Positions 57,051-64,000 of a DNA stretch of 64,000 bases are shown here, piece by piece. A program made the translations under genes and the position numbers. This DNA is from an uncultured Opitutaceae bacterium (GTDB lineage Bacteria; Verrucomicrobiota; Verrucomicrobiia; Opitutales; Opitutaceae), in assembly GCA_964525935.1 (NCBI GenBank), contig CAZGJZ010000007.1, positions 43,336 through 107,335 of the forward strand, read 5' to 3'. The number at the start of each line of letters is the position of its first letter. Position 1 is the stretch's first letter. A model generated the notes under the pieces. The model saw nothing but the letters and a program-made list of their open reading frames with translations. It was not told where the DNA came from and did not search any database.

Positions 57051-57830
57051 CTAAATTCGCTTACCTAATAGAACATGGTATGGCGTCGCACCAAATCGCG
57101 AAAATAACTGAACGCAGCCAACAAGATATGTATGCCCATCCATCGATCCCTCTCGGATGGCTATAGCATGCATCCCTTTGGTTACGCGTTGTGGTTCTTC
57201 ATATGCAGATGAGACAAATCGCCAAGCCTGCTCTGGTTGTTCGCAAATAATTTTAGGTGCAAACAACTCATACTTTGAAAAATCCGTCTCACAATATGCC
57301 GCGTATGCGTATGCAATTTTCACTAGAACTGCGCAGAATGAAAAAGGGTCGATATCACAAATCAGCGACCCACTAGTCGCATTGTGCTTTTGGATCAATT
57401 TGACGAATGCTGGACTGTCTGGCGGTAGTGAATTATGTCCTGAAATCTTCATTTGAGCTACCTCGGGGGAGGTCAGAATTGCTGGGCCATCAATGAGTGG
57501 AAGAACCAGAAAAGCGATAGCCTCATCGCTTGGCACGTCAGTGGTCCATTCTCGTTGGCCATCCCCAAATCTCATTTTGAGTGTAACAGGACGGTTCTTT
57601 TTCCTGCGCGTGGGCGACTGGTTCACAGTTCTCCAATCTAACATAAAACCGCGCAGCACTTGCAGTTCCTGCTTGCTGGTCTGTGCTGCGCAGACCGCGC
57701 AGCTTGCCTTCTTTAACGTCAAGTCGCCCCATAGGGCAAAAGGCACTATGTGTTCTTCAGAAAGGGCTTCGCATGCACCGCAATAAATGCAGTGCCCAAC
57801 AATCTTATTTGGAAGTCGGCCATCATCCAT
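57051..57830 (-). CDS. HNH/zinc-finger nuclease-like protein (HNH_5-like N-terminus, unknown C-terminal domain) in a low-GC insert
   Basis: 259 aa. CIYCGACEALSEEHIVPFALWG plus a second CxxC (CAVCAAQ) fits a Cys4 beta-beta-alpha-metal finger. GC is roughly 45-48% against ~65% in the flanks. The ATG lies 5 nt after the ureC stop. Confidence 0.6.
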   Translation of the reverse strand: MDDGRLPNKIVGHCIYCGACEALSEEHIVPFALWGDLTLKKASCAVCAAQTSKQELQVLRGFMLDWRTVNQSPTRRKKNRPVTLKMRFGDGQREWTTDVPSDEAIAFLVLPLIDGPAILTSPEVAQMKISGHNSLPPDSPAFVKLIQKHNATSGSLICDIDPFSFCAVLVKIAYAYAAYCETDFSKYELFAPKIICEQPEQAWRFVSSAYEEPQRVTKGMHAIAIREGSMDGHTYLVGCVQLFSRFGATPYHVLLGKRI

Positions 57831-57835
57831 ACGAA

Positions 57836-59605
57836 TCAGAACAGAAAATACCGCTGCGCCATCGGCAGCACCTTCGCCGGCTCGCAGGTCAGGTGCACGC
57901 CATCGGCGGTGACTTTATAAGTCTCGGGATCGACTTGGATCCGGGGCATAGCGTCGTTGAGCACCATGTCGGCCTTACCGATCTTACGACAGGACTTCAC
58001 CGGCTCGAGCCGGCGCGCGAGGCCGAGTTGCTTCGGGCCGTTTTTGCTGCGGAGCGAAGCGGCGCTGACAAAGGTAATGCTGGTCGACGTGAGCGCCTTG
58101 CCGGCGGCGCCAAACTGCGGACGGTAAAAGGTCGGCTGCGGTGTGGGGATCGAGGCGTTCGGATCACCCATGTTGGCCCACGCAATGAAGCCGCCTTTCA
58201 AAACGGTCTCTGGTTTTACGCCGAAGAGCGCAGGCTTGAAAATGACGAGGTCGGCGAGCTTGCCGACTTCGATTGAGCCCACGATGTGCGAGATGCCATG
58301 CGCGATGGCGGGGTTGATCGTGTATTTGGCGAGATAGCGCAGGCAACGAAAGTTGTCGGCGGCGGGATGCGACTGGTGCGTCATCGCTCCGATCTGGAGC
58401 TTCATTTTGTGAGCTGTCTGCCACGTGCGGATGATGACTTCGCCGATGCGGCCCATGGCCTGTGAGTCAGACGACATCATCGAGATGGCGCCGAGATCAT
58501 GGAGCCGATCCTCGGCCGCGATGGTCTCGGGGCGGATGCGGGACTCCGCGAAGGCTACATCCTCGGGAATCTTCGAATCGAGATGGTGGCAGACCATGAG
58601 CATGTCGAGATGCTCGTCGATGGTGTTAACCGTAAAGGGACGCGTCGGATTGGTGGACGACGGCAGGACATTGGCTTCGCCGCAAACGCGGATGATGTCG
58701 GGCGCATGCCCGCCACCGGCGCCCTCGGAGTGAAAAGTGTGAATCGTGCGACCTTTGAAGGCGCGGATCGTGTCGTCCACATAGCCGGACTCATTGAGCG
58801 TGTCGGTGTGGATCGCCACCTGCACGTCGAGCTCATCGGCCACGCCGAGACAGGTGTCGATCGCGGCGGGGGTTGTGCCCCAGTCCTCGTGCAGTTTGAG
58901 GCCGATGGCCCCGGCGAGGATTTGTTCGCGCAGCGGCGCTGCGGTGCCGCAGTTGCCCTTCCCGAGGAAGCCGAGGTTCATCGGATAGGCCTCCGCCGCT
59001 TCGAGCATGCGATGCAGGTTCCAGGCGCCGGGCGTGCACGTCGTGGCAAACGTGCCGTGCGCCGGCCCGGTGCCGCCGCCGAGCATCGTGGTAATGCCGG
59101 CGCTGATCGCCTCGTCGATCTGCTGCGGACAGATGAAATGGATATGGGTGTCGATGCCGCCGGCGGTGATGATGTTGCCCTCGCCCGCGATCACCTCCGT
59201 GGCGGCGCCCACGATCATCGGGTTTTTCTTCTTCGTGCGCGGATCCACGAAGATCGAGCCGATGCCTGATTGGATGCCGGGATTACCCGCGTGGCCGATG
59301 CCGACAATCAGCCCGTGCTTGATGCCGATGTCGGCCTTGATGACGCCAAGGATGGGATCGAGGATGAGCGCGTTGGTGATGACGAGATCGAGGGCATCCT
59401 TGTCGAGCGCGGTCGGCGACTGGCCCATGCCGTCGCGGATGACCTTGCCGCCACCGAACTTGATCTCATTGCCGTAACCGCCGCCCTCGGCGATGAGGTC
59501 GCGCTCGACCTGCACGAAAAGCTCGGTGTCAGCGAGCCGCACGCGGTCGCCCACAGTGGGCCCGAACATCTCGGCGTATTGGCGGCGGGAAAGCTTCAGC
59601 GGCAT
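57836..59605 (-). CDS. ureC: urease subunit alpha
   Basis: 589 aa. [46 protein letters not shown] and similar motifs. Confidence 0.95.
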   Translation of the reverse strand: MPLKLSRRQYAEMFGPTVGDRVRLADTELFVQVERDLIAEGGGYGNEIKFGGGKVIRDGMGQSPTALDKDALDLVITNALILDPILGVIKADIGIKHGLIVGIGHAGNPGIQSGIGSIFVDPRTKKKNPMIVGAATEVIAGEGNIITAGGIDTHIHFICPQQIDEAISAGITTMLGGGTGPAHGTFATTCTPGAWNLHRMLEAAEAYPMNLGFLGKGNCGTAAPLREQILAGAIGLKLHEDWGTTPAAIDTCLGVADELDVQVAIHTDTLNESGYVDDTIRAFKGRTIHTFHSEGAGGGHAPDIIRVCGEANVLPSSTNPTRPFTVNTIDEHLDMLMVCHHLDSKIPEDVAFAESRIRPETIAAEDRLHDLGAISMMSSDSQAMGRIGEVIIRTWQTAHKMKLQIGAMTHQSHPAADNFRCLRYLAKYTINPAIAHGISHIVGSIEVGKLADLVIFKPALFGVKPETVLKGGFIAWANMGDPNASIPTPQPTFYRPQFGAAGKALTSTSITFVSAASLRSKNGPKQLGLARRLEPVKSCRKIGKADMVLNDAMPRIQVDPETYKVTADGVHLTCEPAKVLPMAQRYFLF

Positions 59606-59648
59606 AGGTCAGAAGTTGAATGAGGAACTCAGGGAATCAGGAAGGAAG

Positions 59649-60014
59649 TCAGCGCTTTTTTCCGGCCTTCCTGGTTGCCGCATTTTTCTTCGGGGCTTTC
59701 TGATCGAGTCGGCCTTCGACCTTGGCGTTCAGGCCATAGACCTCGCGCAGACCGGCGAGCGCGACGAGTTCGACGCGCTTGGTGTCGCCAGCCTCGAAGC
59801 GGACGGCCGTGCCAGCGGGGATATTGAGCCGGAAGCCGCGCGCGGCAGCACGATCGAAGCGCAATGCCTCGTTGGTCTCGAAGAAATGATAATGCGAACC
59901 CACTTGGATCGGGCGGTCGCCGGTGTTGGCAATGTCGAGCGTGACCGTTTTCAGGCCAAGGTTTGCATCGAGGGCGACCGCATCGGCCGCAGGAATGATT
60001 TCACCGGGAATCAT
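59649..60014 (-). CDS. ureB: urease subunit beta (with an 18-aa Lys-rich C-terminal tail)
   Basis: 121 aa. [23 protein letters not shown]. Tail is [18 protein letters not shown]. Confidence 0.9.
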   Translation of the reverse strand: MIPGEIIPAADAVALDANLGLKTVTLDIANTGDRPIQVGSHYHFFETNEALRFDRAAARGFRLNIPAGTAVRFEAGDTKRVELVALAGLREVYGLNAKVEGRLDQKAPKKNAATRKAGKKR

Positions 60015-60017
60015 GGC

Positions 60018-60320
60018 TCAGCGGATGGGATGGTGAACCGTGACCAATTTGGTGCCGTCGGGGAACGTCGCCTCGACCTGCACGTCGTGGATCATGGCAT
60101 CCACGCCCTCCATCACGTCGGCGACTTTGAGGATCGTCGTGCCGTAGCTCATGAGTTCGGCGACCGATTTGCCGTCGCGCGCGCCCTCAATGATCTCGTA
60201 AGTGATGATGGCGATCGCCTCAGGGTAGTTGAGTTTCAACCCGCGGGCCTGGCGGCGCCGGGCGAGATCGGCGGCGGTGACAATGAGGAGCTTTTCGCGT
60301 TCGCGCGGGGTAAGGTGCAT
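60018..60320 (-). CDS. ureA: urease subunit gamma
   Basis: 100 aa. [35 protein letters not shown]. Confidence 0.95.
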   Translation of the reverse strand: MHLTPREREKLLIVTAADLARRRQARGLKLNYPEAIAIITYEIIEGARDGKSVAELMSYGTTILKVADVMEGVDAMIHDVQVEATFPDGTKLVTVHHPIR

Positions 60321-60333
60321 GGCAGGACGGAAC

Positions 60334-61131
60334 TCAGACTTGCAGGTGCTCCTTCACCACCTCGTCGGTCAGGCTGGCGATAGGGCCCGAGATCGTGACG
60401 GCGCCGCGATCCATGGCGTAGAAACGGTCGGCGACTTCGCGGCAGAAATCAACGTATTGCTCGACCAGCAGGATCGCGAGGGCCGCCTCTTTCCGCAGTT
60501 GTTTAACGGCGCCCTTGATTTGCTCCGCGTCGCTGCGCGACTGCGCGAGGGCTTCCGCCTCGGAAATATTGCTCAGCCTGAGCTTCTTCAGCGTATCGCC
60601 GATCTGATCGATGATCGACGGCTGGATACCCTCGGTTGGCTCGTCGAGGATGAGGAGCTTCGGCTTGGTGAGCAAAGCGCGACCGATGGCGAGCTGTTGC
60701 TGCTGGCCGCCCGAAAGCACGCCGCCCTTGCGGGAGAGCATCTCCTTTAACACGGGAAACAGCGCGTAAACCCGGTCGAGCATCTCGCGCGCCTCGGCAC
60801 CCTTGCGACCGTGGACGACGAGGCCGACGTGTAGATTTTCCTCTATGGTCAGATGCGGAAAGATATCACGGCCTTGCGGCACGTAACCGATGCCGGCGCG
60901 AGCGCGGGCGTCCATGGACATTTTTCCGAGTGGCTGGCCATCGAAGGTGATCGTGCCGGAGCGCACCGGCAGGACGCCGGTTATGGACTTGAGCGTGGTG
61001 GTCTTGCCCACGCCGTTGCGACCCATGAGCGCGACGATTTCACCGGCGTGCACCTCAAGCGAAACGCCGCGGAGAATGCGGGAGCCACCGATGTCGGTCT
61101 CGACCGAGGAAAGCTGTAACAAAGCACTCAT
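60334..61131 (-). CDS. urtE: urea ABC transporter ATP-binding protein UrtE
   Basis: ORF-track 60334..61173; ATG at 61131. [24 protein letters not shown] and [10 protein letters not shown] motifs. Contains a ~30-aa insertion before ILLVEQ. Confidence 0.85.
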   Translation of the reverse strand: MSALLQLSSVETDIGGSRILRGVSLEVHAGEIVALMGRNGVGKTTTLKSITGVLPVRSGTITFDGQPLGKMSMDARARAGIGYVPQGRDIFPHLTIEENLHVGLVVHGRKGAEAREMLDRVYALFPVLKEMLSRKGGVLSGGQQQQLAIGRALLTKPKLLILDEPTEGIQPSIIDQIGDTLKKLRLSNISEAEALAQSRSDAEQIKGAVKQLRKEAALAILLVEQYVDFCREVADRFYAMDRGAVTISGPIASLTDEVVKEHLQV

Positions 61132-61144
61132 GTTTGAAACGTCT

Positions 61145-61921
61145 TCATCTGGTTCCGTGCTTCCCGCGGCCAAGATAAACCTCGCGGACCTTCTGGTTTG
61201 ACTGCACCTCGTCGAATTTCCCTTCGCACAACACCGTGCCCTGGTGGAGCACAGTCACGTTGCCGTCGCGGGCGATCTGTTTGACGAAGGCCATGTCGTG
61301 CTCGACCACGACGATGCTGTGCTTGCCGGAGAGGCTGATGAGCAGTTCGCCCGTGCGGTGCGTTTCCTCGTCGGTCATGCCGGCGGCGGGTTCATCAACT
61401 AGGAGCACTTGGGGCTGTTGCGCGAGGAGCATGCCGATCTCGAGCCACTGTTTCTCTCCGTGGGCGAGCAGACCGGCCTTCCAGTCGCGTTTGGCGTCGA
61501 GGCGGATGAGCTTGAGCAATTCGTCGAGGCGGTCGCGCTCGGTCGACCCGAGCCGTTTGAAGATCGAGGCGAATACGCCACGCGGTCCTTTGAGCGAGAG
61601 CACCAGATTGTCCCACACGGTATGCTGGGTGTAGACGCTCGGGGTCTGAAATTTTCGGCTGATGCCGAGGCGGTTGATTTCGTATTCCTTCAACCGCGTG
61701 AGGTCGTGATGCGTGAGCGGATCAGTGCCGAACTCAATCTTGCCCTTGTCGGGCTGGGCGCGACCGGTGATGAGGTCGAAGAAGGTGGATTTACCCGCAC
61801 CGTTGGGACCGATAACCACGCGCAGCTCGCCTTCCATCAGGTAGAAGTTGAGGTTCGAGATGGCTTTGAAGCCATCGTAAGTCTTGGAGACATCCTCCAC
61901 GGTGAGCAGGGCGCGCGGCAT
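61145..61921 (-). CDS. urtD: urea ABC transporter ATP-binding protein UrtD
   Basis: ORF-track 61145..61981; ATG 61921 lies directly after the urtC stop. GPNGAGKST, LAHGEKQWLEIGMLL and LLVDEPAAGM motifs. Confidence 0.9.
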   Translation of the reverse strand: MPRALLTVEDVSKTYDGFKAISNLNFYLMEGELRVVIGPNGAGKSTFFDLITGRAQPDKGKIEFGTDPLTHHDLTRLKEYEINRLGISRKFQTPSVYTQHTVWDNLVLSLKGPRGVFASIFKRLGSTERDRLDELLKLIRLDAKRDWKAGLLAHGEKQWLEIGMLLAQQPQVLLVDEPAAGMTDEETHRTGELLISLSGKHSIVVVEHDMAFVKQIARDGNVTVLHQGTVLCEGKFDEVQSNQKVREVYLGRGKHGTR

Positions 61922-61923
61922 GG

Positions 61924-63051
61924 TCAGGGTTTGGCTACCGGGGCCGGTGCCGCGATGGCCGCTGGACGGAAATTCTTCCAAGCCGCGGCAAGGCGTGCAG
62001 GCAAACTCACGAGGCCGCCGGGGAGGAAGAGCACGACGATGATAAACAGGCCGCCGAGGATCAGCAGCCAGTAATCGGGGAATTCCTTGGTCGCCCAGCT
62101 CTTGAGGACGTTGATGGCAATCGCACCGACGATCGGGCCAACCAGCGTGCCGCGACCACCCACGGCGACCCAGACAACGGCTTCGAGCGACTTTTCGGGC
62201 GTCATCACGCTCGGGTTGATGCCGCCGACCTGCGGCACGTAGAGCGCACCGCCCACGCTGGCGATCGCGGCACTGAGCACGAAGATGAAGAGCTTGAAAT
62301 GCGCCGAGGCGTAGCCGCTGAAGAGCACTCGGTTCTCACCGTCGCGGATCGCGCGTTGCACGAGGCCGAACTTGGTTTGGCTCAACGCGCGACAGCCGAG
62401 ATAAACGAAGAGCAGCGTCACGGCCGTCGCAATGTAGAGATTGCGCAGGGTCGCAGCGTCACGGAGATCGGCCCCGAGGATGAGTTTGAAATCGGTGAAG
62501 CCGTTGTTTCCGCCCATCAGCAGATTGTTGCGAAAGAACAACAGCGCCGCGCCATAAGTGAGCGCCTGCGTGAGGATCGAAAAATACACGCCCTTGATGC
62601 GTGAGCGGAAGGCGAGGAAACCAAAGACCAGCGCGAGCAGTCCCGGCACGACCACGACCATGATGGCGGAAAAACTGAATGAGTAGAACGGTTTCCAGAA
62701 AGCCGGCAGGTAGGTGTGACCAAGGAACACCATGAAGTCGGGCAGCAGATTGGGATTCTTCCCGGCCTGCGCATAGACGCCCTGTTCCCCGATCATGAGC
62801 ATCAGGTGCATGCCGAGCATGTAGCCGCCGAGCGCGAAGAAGAGCGATTGGCCGAGACTGAGCAGACCCGTGTAGCCCCAGAGCAGGTCCACCGAAATCG
62901 CGAGCAACGCGAAGCAAAGGTATTTGCCCCACAGGTTGATCGTGAAGTTGCTGACGAGCCCCTGCGCGTTCAGCAGCGGAAAGACAACGATCAGAAACAG
63001 CGCGATAACCGCGACGGCGATGAACTCATAACGACGGGTGGAGGCAGTCAT
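61924..63051 (-). CDS. urtC: urea ABC transporter permease UrtC
   Basis: 375 aa polytopic branched-chain-type permease. Sits between urtB and urtD. Confidence 0.85.
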   Translation of the reverse strand: MTASTRRYEFIAVAVIALFLIVVFPLLNAQGLVSNFTINLWGKYLCFALLAISVDLLWGYTGLLSLGQSLFFALGGYMLGMHLMLMIGEQGVYAQAGKNPNLLPDFMVFLGHTYLPAFWKPFYSFSFSAIMVVVVPGLLALVFGFLAFRSRIKGVYFSILTQALTYGAALLFFRNNLLMGGNNGFTDFKLILGADLRDAATLRNLYIATAVTLLFVYLGCRALSQTKFGLVQRAIRDGENRVLFSGYASAHFKLFIFVLSAAIASVGGALYVPQVGGINPSVMTPEKSLEAVVWVAVGGRGTLVGPIVGAIAINVLKSWATKEFPDYWLLILGGLFIIVVLFLPGGLVSLPARLAAAWKNFRPAAIAAPAPVAKP

Positions 63052-63055
63052 CGGA

Positions 63056-64000
63056 TCAGTCGTCGAGGCTGCGGCTGCGGGTTACAAACAGGCCGGCCGG
63101 GCGCCATTGCAGGAAAAGGATGATGGCCAGTAGCACGATGATCTTGCCGAGCACGGGATTCAGCAGGATCTGCTGCAGCGACTGGTCGGTGAGGCCGATG
63201 CCGAAGGCGCTGATCACCGTGCCGGGCAGATTGCCCACGCCACCGACCACAACGGTCATGAAGCAATCGACAATGTAGCTCTGGCCCAGCGACGGCCCGA
63301 CGTTGCCAATCTGGCTGAGGAAGGCACCGGCGAGCCCGGCCAATCCGCTGCCCAGGCCGAAGGTGAGCATGTTCACGCGCTGGGTCCGCACGCCCATGCA
63401 GGAAGCCATGCCGCGGTTTTGCATCACCGCGCGGATGAGCAGGCCGAGGGAGGTGCGCGTGAGCACGAGCCAGACGCCGAGCACGATCATCAGCGCAAAA
63501 CCGATCACGAACACGCGGTTCCAGCCGAAGATGATATCGTTTATCGTCCAGTTGCCGCTCAAGTAGACCGGACTGGAAACCTGCACGTTGTTCGAGCCGA
63601 ACATGAGCTTGAACACCTGCTGCAGGACGACGGAAACGCCCCAGGTCGCGAGCAGACTCTCAAGCGGCCGGCGGTAAAGAAACTGGATGATGCCGCGCTC
63701 CAGCGCGATGCCGACGAGCGCGGCCATGACAAAGCTGAGCGGAATCGCCGCGATGAAATACAGCTGATAAGCCCAGCCACCGAGATTCAGCCCCGGGATG
63801 CCCAGGCTCAGGCCAAAGAAAGGGATGACAATACCGGTCCCAAAAATATTTTGCACCAGATAGGTCGTGTAGGCCCCGACCGCGATCATCTCGCCATGCG
63901 CCATGTTGATGACGCCCATCAAGCCGAAGGTGATCGCCAGTCCCAACGCCAGCACGAGCAGGATGCTCCCGAGGCTCAGACCGCGGAAAAGCGTGCCGAC
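63056..64000 (-). CDS. urtB: urea ABC transporter permease UrtB (5' end outside the window)
   Basis: The ORF-track start at 63955 is a GTG. The frame remains open to 64000 (..[37 protein letters not shown]). Confidence 0.85.
   Translation of the reverse strand, partial: VGTLFRGLSLGSILLVLALGLAITFGLMGVINMAHGEMIAVGAYTTYLVQNIFGTGIVIPFFGLSLGIPGLNLGGWAYQLYFIAAIPLSFVMAALVGIALERGIIQFLYRRPLESLLATWGVSVVLQQVFKLMFGSNNVQVSSPVYLSGNWTINDIIFGWNRVFVIGFALMIVLGVWLVLTRTSLGLLIRAVMQNRGMASCMGVRTQRVNMLTFGLGSGLAGLAGAFLSQIGNVGPSLGQSYIVDCFMTVVVGGVGNLPGTVISAFGIGLTDQSLQQILLNPVLGKIIVLLAIILFLQWRPAGLFVTRSRSLDD

Noticed and set aside
56966-57786. Plus-strand ORFs inside the low-GC island (56966..57166, 57157..57456, 57493..57786).
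   Set aside because: All are antisense to the longer 259-aa ORF, are short, and lack recognisable motifs. The minus-strand ORF explains the region better.
59606-59648. Purine-rich ureB-ureC spacer and other short spacers in the urease cluster checked for extra small ORFs or repeats.
   Set aside because: No repeats or ORFs were found, and the spacer lengths are ordinary.

Overview
High-GC (about 65%) bacterial chromosomal segment that is almost fully coding. Gene content and repeat style suggest a Verrucomicrobiota (Opitutales-like) genome; this is inference only.

Most of the window is core metabolism and envelope functions:
- a partial TonB-dependent receptor and a 1618-aa RCC1/MBG/Ig surface protein
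- tRNA-Thr(CGU), queA, accA and ilvB
- a cluster of CHASE2 nucleotide cyclase, FecR-like protein and O-antigen-ligase/TPR protein
- type II glutamine synthetase and a mini-kinase/PP2C pair
- SRP RNA followed by dnaX, and an ECF sigma module
- leuA-rlmN, metF and sucA-sucB-lpd
- a MarR/DoxX/dioxygenase/esterase cluster
- a fused E1 alpha-beta dehydrogenase, kdsC-lptCAB, hprK and rph
- a urea cluster (urtBCDE-ureABC-ureEFGD) plus hupE/ureJ

No CRISPR array, integrase, transposase or prophage was seen.

The most unusual signals are:
1. An ~0.85-kb low-GC island carrying one HNH/zinc-finger nuclease-like ORF, wedged between ureC and ureE.
2. A dnaX gene whose zero frame stops one codon after an A10 run containing A-AAA-AAG, while the -1 frame carries a 148-aa C-terminal extension.
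3. Families of word-built palindromic elements. One AT-rich word type sits in frame inside sucB linkers and at the alpha/beta junction of the fused E1 gene.
4. GTAG-headed REP/REPIN-like hairpins whose GTAG supplies the TAG stop codon of the upstream gene.

Coordinates for RNA genes, repeats and hairpins were counted by hand and may be off by 1-2 nt.
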